64,000 nucleotides of DNA from Mobula hypostoma (Eukaryota), in contig NC_086108.1 in NCBI RefSeq assembly GCF_963921235.1, positions 98,954,001 to 99,018,000 of the forward strand. The letters run 5' to 3'. The position numbers and the translations under genes are program-made. Numbering within the stretch: position 1 is the stretch's first letter; every line of letters begins with the position of its first letter. Shown in pieces: positions 14,029 through 26,440 of the stretch. The notes under the pieces were generated by a model, which saw only the letters and a program-made list of their open reading frames with translations, was not told the DNA's origin and ran no database searches.

Positions 14029-14989
14029 ATAATGAAGCAGTCCACATCCAAATGCAGCAAGACACGGACAACATTCAGGCCTGGGCAGATAGGTGACAAA
14101 AAGCATTTGCACCACTTGTGACACCATCCAATAAGAGAAAATCCAATTATCAGTCTCTGAAATTCAATGGTATCACCATCATGGGATTCCCCCACTCTAT
14201 ACCCTGGAGGTTAGCACTGAACAGAAACTGACCTGGAGCACCCATATACACAATGCAGCTACTAGAGTTTAGCAATCCTGCTTGAAGTAACTGTCCAAAG
14301 TTTATCCACCATCAACAAGGCTCATCAGGAATGTGATAGGATACTCTCCTCTTGCTCGGAGTGTGAATTTAACAGCATTCGTGAAGTCTAAACACCATAC
14401 AGGATCTAGCAGCTTGTTTCAATGACACCCACCCACAACCATTCACTCACTCTACCACTGATACACAGTAACTGAAGTTTCCAAACCCACAACTCCATCA
14501 ACTGAAAGGCAAAGGGGAGCAAAAAGATGGGAACACCACTTCTATTACCATCCAAGCCACACATCATCCTAATTGGAAATATTGCCATTCCTTCAACCAT
14601 TGCTGGGTCAAATCCTGGAATTTCCTTCCTGACAGCATTATGGATATACCCACATCTCAAAAACTGTTGAGGTTCATGATGACAACAAACAGCCAATTGC
14701 TCAAGGGCAAATAGGGATGGGCAATTAAATACTGGCTCAGCCGCGAAGTCCACATCCCTGAATGAATAAAAAAAACTTGTATTGCACCAGAGTTGCTGGT
14801 TTCTCAAGTACAACTTGAGAAACTGTCATATGACTGGCAGCTAGCCAAACACAGATAAAAGAGATTAGCTTTATTTGTTACATGTACATTGAAACATAGT
14901 GCAATGTGTCATTAACGTCAAATCAAATCAGTGAGGATTGTGCTGGGCAGCCCACAAGTGTCACGGTTCCAGTGCCAATATACCATACC

Positions 14990-15150
14990 CCAACTGTAGG
15001 AATGTGGGATTGAACCAGAGCACCTGCAGGAAACCCCCACCATCATGGGAGAATGTACAAACGTTTTACAGATGCAGTGGGGATTGAACCCCAACTGATT
15101 TTACAGCTGTACTGTAAAACACTGTACTAACCACTACACTACTGTACCAC
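14990..15150 (-). mobile_element. V-domain SINE fragment
   Basis: gtgggattgaaccagagcacctgcaggaaaccc...gggagaatgtacaaac; A-box-like ctaaccactacact on the reverse strand. Confidence 0.65.
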
Positions 15151-15728
15151 TCTAAAACTGGGACTAAATCTGTCAGTTTTATCTCTGCCCCACACCATCC
15201 TAAATGAAACAATTGTAGCATCATTTTATCTGCCTTGAAGTGTAAGTTCAAACCTCATATGTTTCAACATCAATGGCTCCAAAACTGGCTGTAGTTGCTA
15301 AAAGTCAAAAAAGTATTTGAACGCAAGCAGCATTACCCAAGGTATCAAGCATCTCAAAAACACCAAGTACAAAAGCAAGATCTAACAGATAAAAAAGATA
15401 AACTTTTTTAGTCAGCTGACTGAAACATCAGCGTCTTATACATCAGTGTCTATGGATCTAGGCAGAACACTTCTGATGCAGTGATTTTCACCATGACGTA
15501 TAGATTTTTGCAATCCCTCAATATGGAATCAATGGATAAGATTATCAATGCAAAACAATCCAAGTCAGATTCCTTCAAGATTCAAGATTGTTTAATGTAA
15601 TTTCCAGTACACAAGTGTAAAGGAGAACAAAGTAATTGTTACGCCGGCTTCAATGCAGCACACAAAAATCCTCACAAAGTATAGAACACGTTAATAATAA
15701 AAAATACACAATATAAAAACACAAGATA

Positions 15729-17323
15729 CTTTTTATAGGCACTGTATATAAGCTATTCACCCCCCCAGAAGTTTTCATGTGTTATTGTTTTACAAGATTG
15801 AATCACAGTGGATTTAAATTGGCTTTCATGACAATGATCAACAGAAAAAGTCTCTTTTGTATCAAAGTGAAAACAGATCTCTACAGGGCGATTTTAATTA
15901 ATACAAATATAAAACACAAAATAATTGATGCATAAGCATTCACACCCCCCCCCCTTAATATGTCACACCAAATCATCACTGGTGCAGCCAATAGGTTTTA
16001 GAAGCAACATAATTAGTTAAATGTGTGCAGTCAAGGTGTTTCAATTGATTGTAGTAAAAATACACCTGTATCTGGAAGGTCCAACTGCCGGTGAATCAGT
16101 ATCCTGGTAAAAACTAAACAATGAAGACAAAAGAATACTCTAAGCAACTTCACAAAAAGGTTATTGAAAAGTACAAGTCAGGAAGTGCATACAAGAAAAT
16201 TCCCTTGGAGTACAGTTAAGTCAATCATCAAGAAATGGAAAGAATATGGCACAGCTGTAAATCTGCCTAGAGCAGGCTGTCCTCAAAAACTGAGTGACCG
16301 TGCAAGAAGGGGACTAGTGAGGGAGGCCACCAAGAGACTGTGACAACTCTGGAGGAGTTACAAGCTTTAGTGGCTGAGATGGGAGAGACTGCACATACAA
16401 CTACTGCCCAGATACTTCCTTTATGGGAGAGTGGCAAAGAGTTGAAAAAAAGTTACATGAAATTTCAGCTAAACTTTTCCAGAATGCATGTGGAAGACTC
16501 TGAAGTCAGCTAGGAGAAGGTTCTATGATCTGAGGAAACCAAAATTGAGCTTTTTTGCCAGACTAAACACTATGTTTGGCCTAAGCCAAACACTACACAT
16601 CATCAAAAACACACCATTCCTACCATAAAGCATGGTGCTGGCTGCATCATGCTGTGGGGATGCTTCACTGCAGCAGGCCCTGGAAGATTTGTGAAGGTAG
16701 AGGGTAAAATGGGTGCAGCAAAATACAGGGAAATCCTGATGCAACCTGCAAGAGAACTGCAACTTGGGAGAAGATTTGTTTTCCAGCAAGACAATGACCC
16801 CATGCATTAAGCCAAAGCTACACAGGAATGGCTTAAAAACAAAGTTAATGTTGTGGAGTGGCCGTGTCAGAATCCAGAACTCAATCCAATTGAGAATTTC
16901 TGGCTGAACCTGACAAGGGCTGCTCACTCACAATTCTCATGCAATCTGACACAGCTTGAGCAGTTTTGTAAAGAACAGGGAAAAATTAGTGTCCAGATGT
17001 GCAAAGCTGGTAAAGACCCAGCCACACAGACACAAGGCATATAATTGCTGCAAAGGTGCATCTACTAAATACTGACTTGAAGGAGGTGAATACTTATGCG
17101 AGCAATTATTTTATGTTTTATATTTGTAATTAATTTAGATCACTTTGTAGAGATCTGTTTTCACTTTGACATAAAAGAGTTTATCAGTTGACCAGTGTCA
17201 AAAAAAAACAAATTAAACAGTGTCAAAAACAAATTAACAGTGTCAAAACTGTGATTTATTGTTCTAAAATAATAAAACATGAAAACTTCATAGGGGGAGG
17301 GTGAATACTTTTTATAGGCACTG
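15729..17323 (+). mobile_element. Tc1/mariner DNA transposon, IR/DR (Sleeping Beauty-like) type, defective
   Basis: Right end gtgaatactttttataggcactg|TA at 17301-17325; ~200-bp TIRs; inner DRs gcataagcattcac (~15930) and gtgaatacttatgc (~17086); left tip is inverted (see findings). Confidence 0.93.
16121..17075 (+). pseudogene. Tc1 DD34E transposase pseudogene
   Basis: Starts MKTKEYSKQLHKKVIEKYKSG; decayed catalytic motifs SEETKIELF, FQQDNDP and WPCQNPELNPIENFW; ends ...STKY* at 17075; several stops and frameshifts. Confidence 0.92.
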
Positions 17324-18539
17324 TATTGATTGTCCTTAAAGTGATGCTAAGCACAGGAGAGTCCGTACATAAGGTGACCAACAAGAAATTATAAAGTAGT
17401 GGTGGTTGGGGGAGTGGAGGGCTGGGTTAGGAGGTAGAGCTGTTGATCAGCCTTACTGTTTGAGGAAAGAAACTGTTTTTGAGTCTGGTGATCTTGGCAT
17501 GGCTGCTACATAGCCTCCTCCCTGATGGAAATGGAACAAACAGTCCATGAGCAGGGTGAGTGGAATTCTTCATGATGTCACTGGCCCTCTTCTGGCACCT
17601 TTCTGTATACATGTCCTTTATGGTGGGTAAGCTGGTGCTGGTGATGCAGTTTTGCCTACCCACTGTAGGGCTTTCCTGTCCACCACAGTGCAGTTTCCAT
17701 ACCAATCAATGATGCAACTCGTTAGGATACTGTACATCTATAGAATGACGCAAATATAGATATGTGTATCTTGAGCTATTTTAAGGATCAAATGCATCAC
17801 CACTTCACAGCTTAACTGCAAAAGGAAAATCAGTTACCAAAAATATTATTTTCAATAAGTAACATCCTGCTCACATCTCCAGTAGTTATATTTTCAGACT
17901 TTGAAGGATTCGCAAGTGTCAGTGGACATAGTTCATTTGTTAGGATTTTGACAATTACAGGTATACAAGCACTCACACAGTAGCTGGTTGACTTTAACCT
18001 CTCAAAATGCTTCTAAATGAAACAATAACTTTCAAGAGAATTCATTCAGTGAATGAGTTACAATTTAATGTGCTACCTAACTGTTTATATACTAAACAAA
18101 ATTCAGAACAAAACATTAAATCTTATCTTCACACGCTGGCCATCTCACCTGCTGGGTGTTACAAGCATTTGGATCATTCTTTTTCATTCAAAACTTGTGA
18201 CTGAAGTTCATTACTATACAATGCTGCTCATCTTTTCCTATTAACGTAATGACATAACACAACGAATTTTTTTTCAAAAACTATGTAAATAATCACACAT
18301 TATCTATGTGATTACGGCAGAGGAAAGAAATAAAAACAGAAAAGGCTTGGAAGACTCAGCTGGTCTGGCAGTATCCGCAGAAAGAGAGAGGTAACATTTC
18401 AGGTCAAAGACTTTATACTATCTGACCTATTCAGTTTTTTTAGATACATGGGAAAAACACAAAACAAAATGCAATCAACAACTCTCAATAAAAATTAATT
18501 TGAGATGTGTTATAAAGCTTTAATAAGAGGTAAAAATAA

Positions 18540-18730
18540 CAAACATGAGAAATTCTGCAGATACTGGAAATCCAAAGTAACACACAAAATGCTAGAGGAA
18601 CTCAAGTCAGGCAGCATCTTCTTCAGTCAACCTGAAAAAGGGTCTTGGCCCAAAATATTGACTGTTTATTCATTTCCATAGATGCTGCCTGAACTGCTGA
18701 CTTCCTCCAGTATTTTATGCATATTGCTAT
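18540..18730. repeat. Short palindromic Penelope-end repeat with decayed hammerhead
   Basis: aaaatgctagaggaactcaagtcaggcagcatct pairs with agatgctgcctgaactgctgacttcctccagtatttt; cctgaaaaagggtcttggcccaaaat lies between them. Confidence 0.7.
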
Positions 18731-21244
18731 AGAAAAATAATACCAGAAACCACTAAGAGCACAGCCGTGCTGAATAATAATAGTCACACCATCAAGATTC
18801 AATCACTACTTAATTCAGGGGCAATGAATGAAAGGACAATTTAACATTTAAACTACCTCCTATGCAAAAGAATGCACATCTAGTTACAGAACTTGACAAT
18901 TCATTACAATGTACAAACTCAGTTAATTTCCATCCGGGAATCCATTATGTGTGTTTAAATGTCTGTCAGGATTAGCACAAGGTAAAGCCTCACATTATAC
19001 ATGACGTCACAAGTGTCAGACATAGCCAATTTGTTCTGTCATTCAACTCACAGCCATAATGTTAAGTGAAAATGAATTTATGCAGAAATGATATTGACAA
19101 TTCCTGAAGGAGAGAGGTATATTCATTATCTCTGCTAAGAAGGTTCCTCAGTATTTCAGCAGGTACAGTCATCAAATTGCTGTTTATAGAGCTATGTTGT
19201 CTATAATGACAGAAAACAATATATTTCCTGCTCCTTGTTTCGATATTCAATGTGAAAATATTCAAATGCTCTAAACATTCACATACAAATTAAAGTCACC
19301 CATGATCTTCCATTTATTATATCCTGGTAGAAGCCTGAACAAAGCTCCAACACCACCTAAATGTTGTGTGCTGTTAATTCTCTGCATCCTCTATATCTTT
19401 CACTATTTTCTCCATGAAGCTCATTTCACAGCTTTTACTTCACTCTAATGATTTCATCATGGCTCTGACCATCTCAGCTCCAATCTGCTGTCTTGTATTT
19501 ACTACAAAACAATTATTCAGCATTTCTCTTCATAGTTCAGACATACTCACAAAGGCATCCATTAGTTCCTTTAAAATCCTACATGTAAAATGAACTGTTA
19601 CAGCTATGGCATTGCACAAACTCTTCTTCCAAATTAACATTTCAGTGAAGAATTTCTTCATGTCATTTTTCGCCACTTCCTATTTCTCTTTAAACAAAAC
19701 TTTCCTTTCTACCGTCACCCGACATTGTGTCAACCAAACTTTTCTTCTGGGTACTTTCTCAACACTCCATTCAGTGTTACAAAGCAACAATCAGTATGCC
19801 TGATGCTCCATAGAATTCCTTAGTTTGTCTTTGCATCCACCAATTTTACCGTAACATATCTTGCCAAAATGTTGAATGAACACAGCATTCAATCCATTCA
19901 ATAAACCAAACTAACATCTCAAGGATTGTCCACATCACAAATCTACAGAGGATGGATGTCTGTGGACAATAACAGTGCCCCTCAGGAATGTGAGCAAATA
20001 TTAATTCCAAATATCATTTTCTAAATCCTTCCATCTTTTTCACCCTTGAAATCTTTCCCCCTTTTCTTCAGTAGGTATAACCCAAAGAATAACTCTGGGT
20101 TATACCTACTTTAGTTAACAGGTGCCTTCTATGCTTCTTAGAATCTCACTGTCACCTCAGGGCTGAGAGATTTGTCTGCAGGTCTATTTAGCATTCCACT
20201 AAGACTCTCTGTTTCATAACTGGTGATGCCTTTCAGGCATCCGACCTCTTGACAGAGGTGTGCCTTTTCTCAAGCAGGTGTGTGTATTGCACCATAGTTC
20301 TGTATATCTTCTGTATCACATGACTGACCTTGGCAGTTCATTTTGAAACAGGAACTGTTGTTATTACTAGTTAATGTTCTCCCCCTTTTTGGAAAACGGT
20401 GACTATTTAAAATTGCATTGTTTACAGAAAAAAAAACTTTTATGGATTTTCATTAGAAGTAAAATACATTTACCTGAACTTGGTTCTTAAAGCCCAATAG
20501 AAATCCACTATATCAAGATTGCAATCCAAATTAATCTTGAATTCCTTTTGGAGCCCTTTATTTCACATGTGCAACTAGTATTGGTGCAAGATCCCAATTA
20601 TCCTCTGGGATAATTATACGCAAATATATTCTAACGGTTCTTCTAATACTTATGACAGTGAGTGACTAAGGTTTGCAAGTCAGGAAGCTTAGATCATCCA
20701 GGAAATTCAATAATAAGCATAGGCTCTGATACAAAAGCATTTGTGAGGGAAATACAAATGATCATTCCTTGGTAAGTATCTGGTGACCCATTAAAAACCT
20801 ATATATGAATATGGAACAAGGAGAGAATCAGGCTAGACTATCACTGCCCCACAGTTAAATATACAAAGGATAACCACAGGTAATACAATTGATGACAACA
20901 CTGGGTTGCATTCACCTCAGAACAGTGCAATATTTCAAAGCCTTAATGATGCAATGGGGGGCAGGGGAGGAAGGGAATGTTTCTGGAAAAAGGCAACTGA
21001 AAAAATCATTTTTGGGCATGGACTTCAAAAGAAAATAGACTGCAGCACAAAAGATGTACGAACATAAGAGCAGTGTGTGCTTATACAAACCCTTAAGGTT
21101 CCTTGGCCTTTCAAAGAGACAATTGCCAATCTAATCTTGGCTTCAACTCCATTTTCTTATTTCATCCTTGATATCTCTGAAGCCTTTAAGTCTGGTAAAT
21201 TCTGGTGGGGTGCCAGAAGATTGGAAAACAACCAATTTCATGAC

Positions 21245-21605
21245 CTGCCTACCTTCTTCCTTTTATTCCATGGCCCATTCGCCACTCTTACCAGATGTCT
21301 TCTTCTATGGCCCTTTACCTCCTCCAAATATCACTTCCCAGTTTCTCATATCATTCCCCACTCTCACCTGCCCACCTTCCTCCTCATCGGTCCCACCTAT
21401 CACCTGCCAGCTTTTACTACTCCCCTTCCACCTCCTTATTCTGGCTTCTGCCCACTTCCTTTCCAGTCCTGATATAGGGTCTCAACCTGAAATGTCGATT
21501 GCTTCATTCCACCTCCCCCCTGCCAGATGCTGCCTGACTTACTGAATTCCTCCAGCATCATGTGCATCTTCCTCAAGATTTCCAGCATCAATAGAATCTT
21601 CTGTC
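21245..21605 (+). repeat. Penelope-derived 3' remnant
   Basis: Pyrimidine-rich body, agtcctgatatagggtctcaacctgaaatgtcgatt at ~21465-21500, then the family tail. Confidence 0.7.
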
Positions 21606-22529
21606 TCTGATTTGCCATACATTAAACATTAAAGCTGTGATCACTGGTTCTGGACTATCACATTAGGAACATCCTTCCAGTCTCCAGTTTGTCGAGTCCT
21701 GTTACAATATTTTAGGCTTCTATGAGAACCTCTCTCATTCTCCTCATATATAGTCTTGCCACCTCAGGAATTGGTCAATTAAGCCTTCCTTGCACTATTT
21801 CCATGGCAAGAACAGTTGCAGTAAGACATTTTTTCTCCTTAACTCAATTCCTTTTACAATGAAGGCTGGCTCACCATTGCCTTCCTATTTGTACCTGAGC
21901 ACTTGCTCTCAGTGACCTATCAATAAGGACATTCATGTTGCATTGCGTCTTCTCTCTTCTCAACCTATCAGAATTCAGATAATGCCTTCCTGTTTTTTTG
22001 GAACCGAATTGAATAATTGCATGTTAAAACATAATTCATGTTAAACTACATCTGTTATGCATTTCCACTCATCCAACTTGCTAAATCACATCACATTAGG
22101 GCTGCTTTGCATGCTCCTCAATGTTCATATTCCCCTTCCAACATCCCCACTGTTTGCAAAAGTGTTGTTATATTGTCAGAAATACACCCCATTAATGCTT
22201 TATGTTTTTTATACTAATTATTTTTGTGATTATAGAAAAAATTGCCATTGACTGCCAAGATCCAACAAGTACCCTTCAAAAACAAACTTTGCTGAATCAG
22301 AAAAATAGCACTTAAAATAAAATTCTCTTCAATAATTAAAAATTAAAGACAGTAGAAACAACCCAGGAGCTGTCTGCACACTATTCATGGATCGAACCAC
22401 AATATTCCTTCCATTGTTTCTCGAAAGGTACATACAGATAGGTATCTCCTGTCAGCACACTCGGGGAGGCATGGTAAAGTCAAAATGAGATGTGGAACTA
22501 GACATCTAGGTGTGTCAGTAACAATGAAT

Positions 22530-23300
22530 TCTTTGAATTGAATTGACTTTATTACTTACATCCTTCATATAATGAGGAGTAAAAATCTTTACGTTATGTC
22601 TCCGTCTAAATGTGTAATGTGCAATTTATAGTAATTTATAATAAATAATATAATAAAGTATGACTATGACTATGTACAACAGAATGGTCAATACAACATA
22701 GAAATACAGTTGTGTCAGCATGAATTAAGCAGTCTGATGGCCTGGTGGAAAAAGCTGTCCCGGAGCCTATTAGTCCTGCCTTTATGCTGCAGTACCATTT
22801 CTTGGATGGTAACAGCTGGAACAGTTTGTGGTTGGGGTGACTCAGCTCCTCAATGATCCTTCGGGCCCTTTTTGCACACCTGTCTTTGTAAGTGTCCTGA
22901 ATAGTGGGAAGTTCACATCTACAGATGTGCTTGGTCTATCTGCACCACTCTCTGCAGAGTCCTGCGATTGAGGGAGGTACAGTTCCCATGCCAGGCAGTG
23001 ATGCAGCCAGTCAGGATACTCTCAATTGTGCCCCTGTAGAAAGTTCTTGGGATTTGGGGGCCCATACCAAACTTCTTTGACCGTCTATGGTGAAAGGCGC
23101 TGTTGTGCTTTTTTCACTACATAGCCGGTATGTAGACCACGTGAAATCCTCACTGATATTTATGCCGAGGAACTTAAAGCTGTTCACCCTCTCAATCCCA
23201 GATCCATTGATGTCAATAGGGGCTAGCCTGTCTCCACTCCTCCTGTAGTCCACAACCAGCACCTTTGTTTTTGCAACATTGAGGGACATGTTGTTTTCTC
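22530..23300 (-). mobile_element. Rex1-like LINE 3' fragment
   Basis: Closely similar to 1-470; ENNMSLNVAKTK, FKFLGINISED; (ttgaa)n tail near 22532-22546. Confidence 0.88.
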
Positions 23301-25832
23301 TGCAGGGCCAAGGTACCTGAAAACTGTTCCTCCTGATAAATATCTCAAAACTTGCAAGAACTTCTTGTCTCCCAAATAAAAAGCCACTGGGTGGTCCAGT
23401 GCATTGGATAATGCATTGCAATATAGGGAAATCTATAAAAAACATAATTTTTTTGCTGCTGCCACATGCCAAGAAGATTTTCCCTCCTCCTCCACCCCAC
23501 CCACCTAAAAATATACGGCATTAGATCTAGATTGTAAAAGCACCAACTGACTGGAAAAGTGTAACACTCAGTGTGTTATAATCATGTACGTTCATTGAAA
23601 GACCAGAATATGCAAAACCATATTTTGGCTGAACTTGCTACAGGAGTAGGTTCCAGTAACATTAGATCATGCAAAAGATTGAATGGAAACATTTCAGTCC
23701 TTTCTAAAATGTAGTTTCCTGATGCTTTCCCAGATAGGATTTCATAACTTATCAATCTGTAATGATTAGAGTAGAAAAGTACAGCACAGAAACAGGCTCT
23801 TCAGCCCATCTAGTTAGTACCAAAATTCTTACATGTGGAACATTTCATTTCAGTATTTGCTCAAATGTTTTACTTTGAAATACATTTAATTCACTATCCC
23901 ATTCTACCTCTCCTTCTAGATGATGAAAAGTTAAGAGCACATGGTACTGAACACACAATTAATAAAGTATCAACCTCCTAATTCAAGAAGCCACCACCGA
24001 ACAAAAGATATTATATTCATTAAAACAAAACTTCCGCCTACCAAATCGCTTGGGGCGTTAAGAGCACTAATTAACAACTCACAAGCAGCATAAAACACTA
24101 TTCCTGCCAAATCCGAAAACAATAGATCTTGTATTGCGTATAAGAATATTCCCTCACCAAAGTAGCTGACTTAACCCAAAACAGCCATCTTTTGGGTAAG
24201 CAAAAGGTAAGACTGCTGTTAAAAACCAAACAGTCGGCAACCTCTCTCTCTACGCCTCCATTAAAGGATATTAAAGAAATGAGAGACTTGCTGGTGGGCA
24301 GCAAGCCAAGAATCCAACAACAATTAAACAGTTTTCCTTCATCCACCACTCCTCCAGTGGCCGATATTAAAGTAAATTCTTACGGCCTGGAGACCAGGCT
24401 CCTCTGGCCTGACTGAATTTCCAACTTTTACGCAACAAAACCTCAAAACTAAAATGAACAAATTGCAAAAACAAACCACATAAACACATGCACAAATAAA
24501 GGAAAATAACATTAAAACACCCAAAGGCAACAACCATGAACTTCATCTATGTAGTTCCATTCTCCTCAGTAGCTCCAGATCATTCCAATTTAGATTACAG
24601 GGAGAGGTGAGAACATTGGAGGAAGAAAGGGTATATGGAAGTGGGACATCGTCAAACATTTCCCACTTGAAATATTTATCATACTAATATTAAAGGCAAG
24701 GAGAGAACTCCTGTTAAGATTGCTATTGCTTCAAAGTTTTTAAAACTTGCAGCCAATCCCTAAGCAGGCATAATATTAAAATACAGTTACATAAATAATT
24801 GCTTTGTCAAAAAATAACAGCGAGGACATTTTGCCTGTGTCAACACGATCACCCTGAAAGCTGCCCTATAATCCAGTCTCACATTTCCTCAACCCTCATT
24901 TACCACGTCCTCTCCAATATTCCAAGATATTCCTCACTCTTCCTCTCTCTCAATGTCATCATCACTCACCCTTCTTTCCTCCCTCTCATGCAACACATCA
25001 TGTCTACGCAATCTTTCTCCTATTCTCCATCAAGCACACTCCTCTCACATGCTTTCATCTCTGCACCTCCACCACACTTTCTCCTACTCTTGACATTTCA
25101 GCATTCACATTTAACAAACACACAAATCATCATAACCACTCACTAGTGGACTGCAAACACTGAAGAGTTCCATTAATATCTCCCTGCACAGTGCACAACC
25201 CCCTCCCCCTTACCATTTTGTTCAACTTTGGCTTCCCCACATGCTCCCCTCAACTCTTCCCCAACCACCTCTACTCTCCCAACTTCCCCCACTCACACTG
25301 GACCCATCCCACTCAGCACCCTCCCACCTTTGCCCCGCCAAATCCCTAAAACACAACATTTCAAGAAGAGCTTTTCCCCCTCCACCATCAGATTTCTGAA
25401 TGGGCAATCAACCCATGAACACTACATCAGCAATTTTCCTTTTTTTTTTGCGCTACTTAATTATTTTTTTATATACACATAGTAAATTATAGTTTTTTTT
25501 AATCATCCATTGTACTGTACTGATGCCAAATATATGCCAGTGATATTAAACCTGATTGTGATTCTCACCTATTTACTCACCCCACTCTCACATTTCTACT
25601 CTACCACCGCCCAGCCCCCATTTCCCCAATTGGTCTCTCCCGTATGTCTCCCCAACCCACACACAACCCCTTCCTCTCCCCCACCACTCTCCCTTCTCAA
25701 CCCCACTCCTCCGTACACCACTCTCCCCACCACTCCACCTACCCCCAACTCCTCCACTTCCCCCACCACTCTCCCCACCTCACCCACCACTCTCCTCCCG
25801 CTCCTCTCCCCACCCCTCTCCTCTCCCTTTAC

Positions 25833-25853
25833 CTGCACTGGGTCCGCCGCCAT
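25833..25853 (-). CDS. Probable first coding exon (MAADPVQ) of a minus-strand host gene; identity unproven, resembles the exportin-7/RanBP17 N-terminus
   Basis: caagATGGCGGCGGACCCAGTGCAG|gtaaag: strong Kozak/TISU context, phase-0 donor at 25832, position at the CpG-island edge, G-rich intron start. Seven residues are too few to name the gene. Confidence 0.6.
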
Positions 25854-26440
25854 CTTGCCGGCTCTCCCTCTCTCTCTGCCGACCGTCCCTCCGCCGATGG
25901 CGATGCCGACTCTGCGCTGCCACTAAAAGCCGGGACGCGCCGTGCTTTTTCCCCCCCTTTTTCCCGTCTGTCTGCAGCAGGCCGGGTGAGTCGCGGTTTA
26001 AGTTCCTGAGCTCGCCGAAAGGCCAGGCCGCTCAGCAGCGCATCCCGGCCGGCGACCCCTCCCCTCCCCTCCGGCGGGGCTCGAGCGACGGCCGCAAGCG
26101 ATCGGGGCCCGGGTGGGTGTCAGCTCGCCATCCGCCCCCTCGCTCGGCGTCCGTTCCGCACGCTTCAGCCACTTCTTCCCGGCCCCTTCGCAAGTTCCGC
26201 CGAGGCTGGCTTACCCCACTTTCCTCGCCCTTCCCCCCCTCCTCTTCGACAGCAGCCCGGACACGAACCGAGCGTTCAAACTGTGAACCTCCGCCCTCTG
26301 AGGAGTGTCCGCCCGCTCTCCTCCCCAGTCCCAGCTCTCCAGCGTCATGTGACCCGGCGCTCCGGCTCCAGCCGCCGCCGTGTCAGAGGCAGTTCCGTGT
26401 GTCCGAAACTTTCTCGGTCCGTTTGTGCAAGAGGGGCTAG
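25840..26440. promoter_or_regulatory. CpG island / promoter
   Basis: Very GC- and CpG-rich non-repeat block in a CpG-depleted window; YY1/TISU motif gccgccatcttg at 25846-25857; GC-box-like (ccgccc) and ETS-like (ttccg) words. Confidence 0.88.

Larger units (their letters stand above)
10900..14775 (+). mobile_element. Old CR1/L2-clade LINE remnant (~10900-11153 and 14029-14775) split by a younger CR1 insertion
   Basis: ggagttcctcagg (GVPQ) and aatgaccttcct (NDLP) before 11153; resumes at 14029 and ends in ...gaatgaataaaaaaa at ~14775; ataat duplicated at 11149-11153 and 14029-14033. Confidence 0.7.
15575..17750 (-). mobile_element. Rex1-like LINE 3' end hosting the Tc1 insertion (pieces 15575-15728 and 17326-17750)
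   Basis: (TTCAAGA)n tail at 15575-15590; ORF 17427-17705 (HPAHGLF, SGRRL, RLKNSFFPQTVRLIN). Confidence 0.75.
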
